Shown here: in pieces, positions 1-9,260 of the stretch
Numbering within the stretch: position 1 is the stretch's first letter
Layout: each line of letters opens with the position of its first letter
Source of the DNA: an uncultured Bacteroidales bacterium
GTDB lineage: Bacteria; Bacteroidota; Bacteroidia; Bacteroidales; JAADJA01
DNA: 64,000 bases
Direction: 5' to 3'
NCBI GenBank assembly: GCA_963749345.1
Contig: CAVVMO010000004.1
Location: forward strand, 3,053,358 to 3,117,357
Made by a program: the position numbers and the translations under genes
The notes under the pieces: model-generated
The model's database searches: none
Seen by the model: only the letters and a program-made list of their open reading frames with translations
Told to the model about the DNA's origin: nothing

Positions 1-118
1 AAGGAGAATTATTTTTATCCGTAAATCTTACCCAATATTTGTCAGGTGCAACCTGTGAAAATAGAATGGTGGATAACAGAGCCATTAATAGTAAGGTTGA
101 CATTCTTTTCATGATCAT
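1..118 (-). CDS. Partial CDS (5' end only) of a signal-peptide protein
   Basis: Reverse-complement translation from ATG at 118 gives MIMKRMSTLLLMALLSTILFSQVAPDKYWVRFTDKNNSP..., open to the window edge. It has a typical n-region and hydrophobic signal peptide. Confidence 0.35.
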   Translation of the reverse strand, partial: MIMKRMSTLLLMALLSTILFSQVAPDKYWVRFTDKNNSP

Positions 119-276
119 ATATATTAATTAAAGTTTGCAAAAATAAGGTTTTGAAACCAACCCACACTTCCTTTCAAGACCATTGATAGATTAAACATAT
201 AAACAGTGTAAGGCAAAATCAGTTCAAACTTATTTTTTTTCAGTAATTTTATTTTATAATTGGATTTTTTAAGATC

Positions 277-1227
277 ATGAAAAGAATCTATACCATAGGT
301 GAAACAGTTTACGATATTATCTTTAAAAATGATCAGCCTGTTTCGGCAAAAGCCGGTGGCGCTATGCTGAATACTTCAGTGAGTCTGGGCCGGCTTGGAT
401 TACCGGTTTCCTTTATTTCGGAAATAGGGGAGGATCTTCTTGGAATGAAAATTATTGATTTCCTGAATGAAAATAAAGTAGATACCCGATTCATCGATCG
501 GTTTAGCGATGGCAAAACTGCCCTTGCTTTGGCCTTTCTTGATCAAAATAAAAATGCCAGTTATTCTTTTTATAAGCTTTATCCGCATGAAAGGCTTACG
601 ATTGACCTTCCTGAACCGGATGCAGCTGACATTATTCTTTTTGGTTCGTTCTTTTCCATAACTCCAGAAGTCAGACCGGGATTAATTAACTTTATCAAAA
701 AGGCAGCAGCGAAAAATTCATTGGTTATTTATGATCCCAATTTCAGAAGACCCCATTTAAAAGATTTGCCTGTGGTAAAAGACCTGATCCTTGAAAACAT
801 TGGTCTGTCATCCATTGTCAGGGGTTCGGATGAAGATTTTGAACTTATTTTCGGTTGCAGCCATGCTGATGAGGCTTTTCAGGTTATCAGAAATTTTGGA
901 TGTAACTTTTTGGTATATACTCAAGCCCATAAAACAGTCGAATTCCGGTCGGATAAATTCAGGTTTTCATTGAACGTTCCCGAAATAAAACCTGTAAGCA
1001 CCATTGGTGCGGGTGATAATTTCAATGCCGGTATGATAATGAGCCTGTTCAGCAAAGGGATTAGCCATTTATCCCTGTCTTCGATGACTGTATCCGGTTT
1101 AAAGCATGCACTCAAAACAGCCATCGATTTCTCTTCCCATGTCTGTCAAAGTTTTGATAATTATATTTCACCCGATTTTGCAAAGAATTTTAAAAGTCGC
1201 ATTCAATCGTCTGAGCTGAGGAAATAA
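277..1227 (+). CDS. PfkB-family carbohydrate kinase (fructokinase/ribokinase-like)
   Basis: 316-aa ORF. N-terminal GGAMLNTSVSLGRLG and C-terminal GAGDNFNAG match the PfkB signature motifs. Confidence 0.8.
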   Translation: MKRIYTIGETVYDIIFKNDQPVSAKAGGAMLNTSVSLGRLGLPVSFISEIGEDLLGMKIIDFLNENKVDTRFIDRFSDGKTALALAFLDQNKNASYSFYKLYPHERLTIDLPEPDAADIILFGSFFSITPEVRPGLINFIKKAAAKNSLVIYDPNFRRPHLKDLPVVKDLILENIGLSSIVRGSDEDFELIFGCSHADEAFQVIRNFGCNFLVYTQAHKTVEFRSDKFRFSLNVPEIKPVSTIGAGDNFNAGMIMSLFSKGISHLSLSSMTVSGLKHALKTAIDFSSHVCQSFDNYISPDFAKNFKSRIQSSELRK

Positions 1228-1284
1228 GGAAAATGTTTTCCTGTGAGCCTGGTTTTCTTACAGGCAGTTGGGAAGGCGAATCCG

Positions 1285-2595
1285 CTACCTTTTCACTATT
1301 TTTTCGTTAAGTATGCCTTTGTTGGTTTGAATTTTGACAATATAAATTCCTGGAGTAAGATGCTTAACATCTAATTTTAGGCTCTGCTGGCTAAAAATTT
1401 CACTTCGAAAGACCGTATTCCCCCGAAGATCGGCAATTTCAGCGGTATGTATTGAAGTTCCTGGTTTGCATTCAATTACTATTGCATTACCAACAGGATT
1501 TGGAAATATTCGTACATTTTTGGTAAAAATTTTACCCCAACCCGCAGCCAGGCCTGAATAGTGGTAAGTGGCTCTTGTATTCACCGAATCCAGATCAGTC
1601 CACCAGTAATAGTTGTATCCAGTCAACATGTGCCTGAAATAAAGGTCGGTGTCTTTAAGAATTGAAGGAAGGAGCAGATCGGATAGGGTATAATCGTTAT
1701 TGTAAAAGTATTCATAACGGTCCAGGATTTCACCATAATTGTTCTGAATCTGTACCTGTGTTTTTTCTGCAAGATTGTTGAAGCCATCCCAAACCCATGC
1801 AGTTGTATCACTTAGGTGCCAGTCTTCGTCCCACCATGTATAATTGAGAAGGGAAACGAGGTTCAACGAATCATTGTAAAAATACTCATATTTGTATGTG
1901 TTCATCCACTCACTATTTTCCCACCAAACTGCTGCAGCTCGGCTGAGTATTTTGCCCGTTGTATCGTATTGGTAGTAATCTATCTGTTGATTAACCCATT
2001 GGTTTCCTGACCAATGGTAGTTCATGACTTCGCTCAGGAATCCCCATTCATCATAAGAGTAATAGTAGATCGCCCAGTCAGTCCATTCATCAAGGTGAAT
2101 TTTAACAAGCAACTGTGTCAGGAATCCGTTTTCATCATAATCCCAGGTATTGTCCCACTGGTAAGCCCAAACACCAGAAACGCAATGCTTCTGCACCATG
2201 TTCGTTACCCTGCCAAGCGAATCGTTGGTATAATCTTTTTGCACAAGATGCATACCGTTTGTCCCGCCCTCATATTGCATTCTTTGCAGAATATACCCAA
2301 CAGAATCGTACGCGTATGTGACTCTCATATTAGTTGTCCAGGAATTTATTTCATCGTCTGGAATTTCATAGATTGTGGAATCGAGCCTGTATGTGCCGTT
2401 GCTTTTAAATAATGATGGAGAAGTACCTGTTGGTTCGGAGATAGTTGCGTCGCCTGGGAAAAACACTATCTGTCGATCAGGCTGATTCACGTAAAATTTT
2501 GTTCCTGATTGACCTGAAGTATGAGGTAAATTCTGGCTACTGAGAAGGGAGAATGAAAAAAGTACCAGTGCTGAAAAAAGTATTTGTTTTGACAT
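1285..2595 (-). CDS. Secreted repeat protein with T9SS (Por) C-terminal sorting domain
   Basis: Signal peptide MSKQILFSALVLFSFSLLSSQ. W/Y-rich repeats (YD/RHS-like appearance). C-terminus ...RIFPNPVGNAIVIEC...LTPGIYIVKIQTNKGILNEKIVKR is typical of a T9SS CTD. Confidence 0.7.
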   Translation of the reverse strand: MSKQILFSALVLFSFSLLSSQNLPHTSGQSGTKFYVNQPDRQIVFFPGDATISEPTGTSPSLFKSNGTYRLDSTIYEIPDDEINSWTTNMRVTYAYDSVGYILQRMQYEGGTNGMHLVQKDYTNDSLGRVTNMVQKHCVSGVWAYQWDNTWDYDENGFLTQLLVKIHLDEWTDWAIYYYSYDEWGFLSEVMNYHWSGNQWVNQQIDYYQYDTTGKILSRAAAVWWENSEWMNTYKYEYFYNDSLNLVSLLNYTWWDEDWHLSDTTAWVWDGFNNLAEKTQVQIQNNYGEILDRYEYFYNNDYTLSDLLLPSILKDTDLYFRHMLTGYNYYWWTDLDSVNTRATYHYSGLAAGWGKIFTKNVRIFPNPVGNAIVIECKPGTSIHTAEIADLRGNTVFRSEIFSQQSLKLDVKHLTPGIYIVKIQTNKGILNEKIVKR

Positions 2596-2766
2596 TTTAT
2601 TAATTGTTAAAATGTTAAATACCAGAAAGAATTATCTAAACAAAAGTAAGAAATCTAAAATGAAATGCTGCAATGGATTGAAATATTTAAGAGGAAAAAG
2701 TATTTATTTGTTCTACTTTTAACCTTTAAATGCTGATGCTGTTATCCCAAGAAATTTCGTTGAATA

Positions 2767-3288
2767 TTAATCATTCCCAATTAATTTCTGATAGAGCATG
2801 TAATTCTCCCGGTCAAAACAAACGAAAATGACTTTAGTAATTGATGCTGGCTGGTTCAGAAATGTTTTTACCTCATTAACTGCAATATTTGCAGCTAAAT
2901 CTTTTGGAAATCCGTAAATGCCCGTGCTTATGTTTGGAAATGCTACTGATTCAAGTTTATATTCACCTGCCAGGCTCAGGCTATTCTTATAGCAATTTTT
3001 CAAAAGGACTTCTTCGTTGCTTATACCTCCGTGCCAGATGGGTCCTACGGTATGAATGATGAATCGTGCAGGTAAATTGTAACCGCTGGTTATCTTTGCC
3101 TGGCCGGTATCGCAGCCATTCAGTTTTCTGCATTCGTCCAATAACTTTGGTCCGGCAGCCTGGTGGATTGCACCATCCACCCCGCCTCCGCCAAGCAGGC
3201 TTCTGTTGGCGGCGTTCACAATGGCATCAACCGTTAACTTTGTAATGTCACCTTGAATTACCTCGATTCTGTTCGTGGCTATATCCAT
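2767..3288 (-). CDS. Macro-domain protein (O-acetyl-ADP-ribose deacetylase, YmdB-like)
   Basis: 173 aa. [35 protein letters not shown] and ISTGIYGFP are canonical macro-domain motifs. Confidence 0.85.
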   Translation of the reverse strand: MDIATNRIEVIQGDITKLTVDAIVNAANRSLLGGGGVDGAIHQAAGPKLLDECRKLNGCDTGQAKITSGYNLPARFIIHTVGPIWHGGISNEEVLLKNCYKNSLSLAGEYKLESVAFPNISTGIYGFPKDLAANIAVNEVKTFLNQPASITKVIFVCFDRENYMLYQKLIGND

Positions 3289-4633
3289 CTTTCTTTACAA
3301 TAAGCTGGCCTGTTTGATATCCGGTTACTCTTATGGCTATGTCTTTATCAATAAATCCTGCTTCTGCCGTAGCATCGTAAATGTCACCATCAACCCGTAC
3401 CTTACCGGCTGGCCTCAAGATGGTATGGGCAACTCCGGTTTTCCCAATCATGTTTTTATACTGTGAATCGGACGATGTAAATCCCTCATTTGATTCCTGT
3501 ATCGAATCCAAAGCAAGGTGGCCAAAGGTGGTCGACGTTAAGAGTTTTCTTCCAAAATAAAATGAAAGGACGATGGCAAGAAATCCTGAAATCACCACGA
3601 TAAAGAATGATTTTATCAGGCCGGTCAGCATAACTCCTTCAAAGTTGAATCCCATATTGTTGGTCATGCTCAATGTAAGTCCGGCAACAACAAAGATGAT
3701 CCCTAAAATACCGGGTATTCCAAACCCGGGTATGACAAAAATCTCAACGGCCAGTAAAATTACACCGACAATAAAAAGGATGATTTCCCAGTGTTCAGCC
3801 AGGCCTTCGATATAAAGCGGTGCAAAATAAAGCAAAGCAGCCAATACTGCGGCTGCTGAAGGAAACCCGATGCCGGGTGTCTGCATTTCGAAATAGATTC
3901 CACCGATGATGATCATAATTAAAATACCACTCACAAACGGGTTGATAAGGAACCGGATGATCTTATCCGAAACGGTTAATCTTTGTTCAATAATTTTGTA
4001 ATCTTTGATTTTGGCAATGTCAAGTACTTCCTCCACCGATTCGGCAATGCCTTCGCAATATTTGTATTTTAAAGCTTCATTGGCAGTAAGTGTCAGCACA
4101 TTTCCTGTATCGTTTATTCCTTCAATATAGATTCGGGGATCGACCATAGCCTGGGCGATATCAGGGTCTCTTCCCGATGATTCAGCTGTTGAACGCATCA
4201 TCGACCGCATATACGACTGGTATTTATCGGGTAAGGGTTTCCCGGTCTGATCGACTACCGTGGCTGCCCCAATATTTGCTCCTGACCGCATGTAAATCGA
4301 ATCACAGGCAATTGAAATCAATGCCCCGGCGGAGGCTGCATTGTTATCAATAAAAACCCAGACAGGAATATCAGAATTTAATATTGCCGTCCTGATGGAA
4401 TCGGCTGCATCCAGCAAGCCACCATAGGTGTTCATATGAATGAGGATAAGGTCGGTTTTAAGGTCCTTTGCCTCCTTAAATGCTTTTTTGGTCTTATGCC
4501 AGACAGGGGGTGCTATTTCTTCCTTGATATCAAATTTGTAAATAATGAATGTTGTATCGTCTGCATGAATAATTTGCGCAGATAAAGAAATCAAGTTGAG
4601 GATAAAGAACAATCTTAAGAAACTTTTTAGCAT
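3248..4633 (-). CDS. NfeD-family membrane-bound ClpP-class serine protease
   Basis: Signal peptide, ClpP-like N-domain ([26 protein letters not shown]), multi-TM middle, and a C-terminal NfeD OB-fold ([28 protein letters not shown]). Confidence 0.75.
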   Translation of the reverse strand: MLKSFLRLFFILNLISLSAQIIHADDTTFIIYKFDIKEEIAPPVWHKTKKAFKEAKDLKTDLILIHMNTYGGLLDAADSIRTAILNSDIPVWVFIDNNAASAGALISIACDSIYMRSGANIGAATVVDQTGKPLPDKYQSYMRSMMRSTAESSGRDPDIAQAMVDPRIYIEGINDTGNVLTLTANEALKYKYCEGIAESVEEVLDIAKIKDYKIIEQRLTVSDKIIRFLINPFVSGILIMIIIGGIYFEMQTPGIGFPSAAAVLAALLYFAPLYIEGLAEHWEIILFIVGVILLAVEIFVIPGFGIPGILGIIFVVAGLTLSMTNNMGFNFEGVMLTGLIKSFFIVVISGFLAIVLSFYFGRKLLTSTTFGHLALDSIQESNEGFTSSDSQYKNMIGKTGVAHTILRPAGKVRVDGDIYDATAEAGFIDKDIAIRVTGYQTGQLIVKKDGYSHEQNRGNSR

Positions 4634-4719
4634 AAGATTAATGGTATTTTAGTGTTGTTTTCATTAATGACTTTATTATTATAATTCTTTTGTGTCTATA
4701 AAATGCTTATTACCTTTAT

Positions 4720-5517
4720 TTACTTAAAATGAGATTTAATCACATCTAACAACTCATCTTTAATATAGGGATTGGTGGCCACTAACTCACCACCAAAAAT
4801 GTAATCGTCAGAACCTGAGAAGTCACTTACTTTTCCTCCCGCTTCCTGCACAATTAAAACACCGGCAGCAACATCCCAGGGGCTTAACCCATACTCATAA
4901 AAGCCTTCAAACCTGCCACAGGCGGTATAGGCCAGATCAACTGCCGCAGAACCGAGCCTCCGCAACCCATGGGTGTTTTCCATCAGGTGCTTGAACAAAA
5001 CTATGTACTCGTCTAATCTTCCATAATCATAATAAGGGAAACCTGTTGCGAGGAGGCTATCCTTTAGACTTTTTATTTGCGAAACCTCTATCTGGTGGCC
5101 ATTCAGAAATGCGCCGCCATTTTTCCAGGAATAAAAACATTCCTGGAGGTTGGGTTCATAAATCACCCCTATAACCACATTATTCTGTTGCATCAACGCT
5201 ATGCTGATGGAGTACAGGGGAACATGATGAATGAAATTGGTTGTCCCATCGAGTGGATCGATTACCCAATTGTAATTGTCCTTTTTCTTTAGTTCCTGGT
5301 TTTCCTCTGCTATAAACCCAGCTTCGGGTAGCAGCAAATGCAACTCTCTAACCAACCTTTGCTCGGTGGTTTTGTCGACATACGTCACAAAATTATTCAG
5401 CCCTTTGGTTTGTATATCCGATTCCTTAATTTTTCTGATTTCTGTTTTAAGAAAATTTCCGGTAATCCTTGATACATTCACCACCTGCTTTGTCAACAAT
5501 TCAAGATTTAACATCAT
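4720..5517 (-). CDS. Inositol monophosphatase family protein (SuhB-like)
   Basis: WVIDPLDGTTNF and WDVAAGVLIVQEAGG motifs. 265 aa. Confidence 0.85.
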   Translation of the reverse strand: MMLNLELLTKQVVNVSRITGNFLKTEIRKIKESDIQTKGLNNFVTYVDKTTEQRLVRELHLLLPEAGFIAEENQELKKKDNYNWVIDPLDGTTNFIHHVPLYSISIALMQQNNVVIGVIYEPNLQECFYSWKNGGAFLNGHQIEVSQIKSLKDSLLATGFPYYDYGRLDEYIVLFKHLMENTHGLRRLGSAAVDLAYTACGRFEGFYEYGLSPWDVAAGVLIVQEAGGKVSDFSGSDDYIFGGELVATNPYIKDELLDVIKSHFK

Positions 5518-5911
5518 TTGAATCTGTTTTTACTTACCGTTGCTGCAAATCGAATACTCCGGTAACATTCATTCATTTCGCAAAGATACAACAGTGTTTT
5601 GTCATTTCAGGAGGGTTTTGTTTCATCGGTGGTTATTATTTTGAAAGAGGTTATTTTATAGTATCCGACGTATTTCAGTAACCCATGATTAATTAAATCC
5701 AAAAAATAGCAAACCTGAATGGCTAATTTGTCGTAAAAGATTATTGAATCGTTTTCTTGATAAAATTCGAACAGAAAGAAAAAATACCTTTTTAACAATT
5801 TGGATTTTGTTCCTTACGCATTGTAACTTGGTATTGACTCATAAAAACTGGACGGATTATTCATGATTCGTGGATCGCAATTTGAAAAATAGTTTATCCC
5901 AATACGACTAA

Positions 5912-8900
5912 ATGAAAAGCGGGCGTAAAAAAGCAAATCATACCCCAAATAAAAATTCGGTAGGTATTACTGAAGTTAGGGAACTTCTTGATGCACTCCG
6001 GGAGAGTGAAGAAAAATACAAACAGCTTCAGGAAAAAGTTCCCATCGGTTTATACAAGAGTACCCCTGCCGGGAATTTAATTTACGCAAATAGTTGGACC
6101 GCGAAAATTCTGGGTTACGATTCGCCGGAAGAATTAATGATGGTGAATACCTATGACCTTTACGCCGACCCTAAAGTAAGAGCGGATGCTATCAAATCAT
6201 TAACAGAAAAGGGTTTTCTTAATGACACTGAAGTTCGGTTAAAGTGTAAAAACAAAAACGAAATTTGGGCAGTAATTAATGCCAAAACGTTTTATAAAAA
6301 TAATGTTCCGGAATATTTCGATGGATATATCTATAGTATTACTGAACGAAAAACAGCACTCGATCAACTTAAAGAAAGTGAAGAGTTGCTCCAGGTCCTG
6401 TCTCAAAATCTGAATAGTGCTTTGTTTATTATTAATTCAGATGGTTTCTTCCACTTTGTCAATCCCTCAATGTTAGAAATTACTGAATATTCACGTGAGG
6501 AATTGATCGGAAAAAGATTGTATGAGATTGTCCACCCTGATTACGTTGAAATGGTTAAATCAAGAGAGCTTAGCAGGCTCATGGGCAAGGAAGTCCCAAA
6601 AAAATATGATTTTATCATCACCACAAAAAAAGGTACCAAAAAGTGGATAGAAATATCAGTCACAAGGCTTGTTCAAAAAGGTCAGCCTTTATTAATGTGT
6701 TTGGGAAAAGATATAACCAGGCAGAAGGATTCAATGGAAATGATCAGGACAAGCGAGCAGAAATATAAAACCCTGTATTCATTTTTCAGATTGATGGCAG
6801 ATAATGTGACGGATATGATCTGGGCAAAAGATTTAAACGGTAAATACATTTTTACCAATAAAGCGATGTGTGAGAAATTGCTGATGGCGAAAAATGTTGA
6901 AGAGCCTATCGGAAAGACTGATATGTTTTTTGCTGAACGGGAAAGGAAGAATCATCCTGAAAATAAAGATTGGCATACTTTCGGTGAGATTTGCGGAAAT
7001 ACCGATAAGGTTGTAATCAAAAGTAAAAAACCTGAACATTTTGATGAATACGGAAATGTGCGTGGTAAATTTTTATTCCTGGATGTCATTAAAGCTCCGT
7101 TCTGGGACGAAAGCGGACAGATGTTTGGCACAGTAGGAAGTGCCCGTGATGTAACAAAGGAGCGGGAGATTGAATCGGAACGTCAGCGGTTTGAAAAGTT
7201 GCAATCCGTCATGTACCGAATCAGTGCAGCGTCAGGAACCACAGGAGACCTGAAAGAACTCATCACCGCAATCCGCAGCGAACTTGGAAATGTAATTGAT
7301 ACTACCAACTTTTATGTGGCATTATACAACAAAGAGAAAGATGAATTGAACCTGCCTTTTTTTATTGACGAAAAAGACCATTTTACTAAATTTCCGAAAG
7401 GTAAGTCATTAACCTCCCTTGTCATCAGTCAGAAAAAATCAATGTTGCTTAAAGGTGATAATTTCAAAGAGCTTGAAGACTCGGGCTATATAGATCCTCT
7501 GGGAACACCGTCAAAAGTTTGGTTAGGTGTGCCACTTATGGTAAAAGAAAAAATTATTGGCGCCCTGGTCATTCAAAATTACAAGGATGAAAAAGCTTTC
7601 AGCAAGAAAGAGCTTGAACTGATGGAATATGTGTCGAGCCAGATAGGTTATGCCATAAGCCAGAAGCAAGCAGATGAAAAACTCAAGGAAAATGAGAAAA
7701 GATTGAGGCAGATCATCGATACAGTTCCCCATATGGTATTTGCTAAAGACAAATATGGAACTTTTCTTCTGGCAAATAAAGCTACAGCCGAAGCCTATGG
7801 TTTGTCTGTTAAGGAAGTTGAAGGACAGAAACAATCAGCACTGCATAAATGCAAAGAAGAATTGCAGAAATTTGAGCATGATGATACGTTAATATTTGAA
7901 AACAGGCGATCTTCCATTACAACAGAAGAAAAGTTTACCGATAACCTGGGTGAAAAGCATATGCTGCAGACAATTAAAATTCCGCTGCATAATGGGAAAA
8001 ATGAAGGAATGGGCATATTGGGTGTTGCGATTGACATCACCGAAAGAAAAAAATCAGAAATTGAATTAAATATTGCCAAAGAAAGGGCTGAAGAATCTGA
8101 CAGATTAAAGACTGCTTTCCTGGCCAATATGTCGCATGAAATCCGCACTCCAATGAACGCCATCATTGGATTTTCAGAATTGCTGGATGATCCGGAAATG
8201 ACCTCTGAGAACAGAAAGGAATTCATCCGGTTAATAAGCGAAAGCAGTAAAATGCTTTTGAACTTAATAGAAGATATTATTGATGTGGCAAAAATAGAAG
8301 CAGAACAGTTGAAGATTGTTCAGGCTCCCTGTCATATCAACCAAATATTGGATGAATTATGTAGCTATTTCACACTTGAACTGAAGGAAACAGCAAATAC
8401 AAAAATCAAAGTTAGTGTCAACAAGGGTAATGAAGATCCAAAATTTGCAATTATTACAGATCCCCTCCGGTTTAAGCAGGTGATGAATAATTTGATTGGC
8501 AATGCCTTGAAATTCACTTATCAAGGCGCAGTTGAATTTGGTTATGAAATATTGAACAAAAAGTTTGTTCAATTCTATATTAAAGATACAGGTATTGGGT
8601 TGCCACCTGATAAACTAGGAGTTATATTCGAGCGATTCAGGCAGGCAGAAGAAAGCACAACAAAGGGTTATGGTGGAACTGGTTTAGGCCTGACAATTTC
8701 CCGAAAGTTGATCGAAATGCTGGGTGGTAAAATCTGGGTTGAATCTGCGTTAAATGTGGGAAGTGCATTTTATTTTACATTGCCCTATATATTGGCAAAA
8801 GGAACTGATAAAACGAAACCTTTTGCAGGAAATTCAGGTAAAAATGATTGGACCGGGAAAACAATTGTAGTGGCCGAAGATGAAAACTCTAATTTCGAAT

Positions 8901-9214
8901 TGCTGAGAGTTATTTTAGCCAAAACAAATGTTACTATTTTCCGGGCAAATAATGGTAAAGAAGCGGTTGATTTGTGTTTGAAGAAAAAAGTTGATATGGT
9001 ATTAATGGACATTCGAATGCCTGTGATGAACGGTTACGAAGCGACGGAGATTATTAAAGGCCATGATCCTGATTTGCCTGTTATTTCTCTTACGGCCTAT
9101 GCATTACCGGATGACAGGGAAAAAAGCCTTCAGGTAGGTTGTGATGACCATATATCCAAGCCAATAAAACCAAATGAACTGATTGAAAAAATTAGCAGGT
9201 ATATGAAAAAATAG
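5912..9214 (+). CDS. Hybrid sensor histidine kinase/response regulator with multiple PAS domains and a GAF-like domain
   Basis: H-box ESDRLKTAFLANMSHEIRTPMNAIIGFSE, G-box GYGGTGLGLTISRKL, and a receiver (VLMDIRMPVMNGYE ... ISKPI). Confidence 0.85.
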   Translation: MKSGRKKANHTPNKNSVGITEVRELLDALRESEEKYKQLQEKVPIGLYKSTPAGNLIYANSWTAKILGYDSPEELMMVNTYDLYADPKVRADAIKSLTEKGFLNDTEVRLKCKNKNEIWAVINAKTFYKNNVPEYFDGYIYSITERKTALDQLKESEELLQVLSQNLNSALFIINSDGFFHFVNPSMLEITEYSREELIGKRLYEIVHPDYVEMVKSRELSRLMGKEVPKKYDFIITTKKGTKKWIEISVTRLVQKGQPLLMCLGKDITRQKDSMEMIRTSEQKYKTLYSFFRLMADNVTDMIWAKDLNGKYIFTNKAMCEKLLMAKNVEEPIGKTDMFFAERERKNHPENKDWHTFGEICGNTDKVVIKSKKPEHFDEYGNVRGKFLFLDVIKAPFWDESGQMFGTVGSARDVTKEREIESERQRFEKLQSVMYRISAASGTTGDLKELITAIRSELGNVIDTTNFYVALYNKEKDELNLPFFIDEKDHFTKFPKGKSLTSLVISQKKSMLLKGDNFKELEDSGYIDPLGTPSKVWLGVPLMVKEKIIGALVIQNYKDEKAFSKKELELMEYVSSQIGYAISQKQADEKLKENEKRLRQIIDTVPHMVFAKDKYGTFLLANKATAEAYGLSVKEVEGQKQSALHKCKEELQKFEHDDTLIFENRRSSITTEEKFTDNLGEKHMLQTIKIPLHNGKNEGMGILGVAIDITERKKSEIELNIAKERAEESDRLKTAFLANMSHEIRTPMNAIIGFSELLDDPEMTSENRKEFIRLISESSKMLLNLIEDIIDVAKIEAEQLKIVQAPCHINQILDELCSYFTLELKETANTKIKVSVNKGNEDPKFAIITDPLRFKQVMNNLIGNALKFTYQGAVEFGYEILNKKFVQFYIKDTGIGLPPDKLGVIFERFRQAEESTTKGYGGTGLGLTISRKLIEMLGGKIWVESALNVGSAFYFTLPYILAKGTDKTKPFAGNSGKNDWTGKTIVVAEDENSNFELLRVILAKTNVTIFRANNGKEAVDLCLKKKVDMVLMDIRMPVMNGYEATEIIKGHDPDLPVISLTAYALPDDREKSLQVGCDDHISKPIKPNELIEKISRYMKK

Positions 9215-9260
9215 ATCTTTTTACTATGGCAACAGCTATCTTCATTTTATAGATTGTGCA

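Noticed and set aside
2014-2412. 132-aa plus-strand ORF, and others, antisense to the T9SS-tailed gene
   Set aside because: It is a shadow ORF. The minus-strand frame has a signal peptide and a recognisable C-terminal sorting domain.
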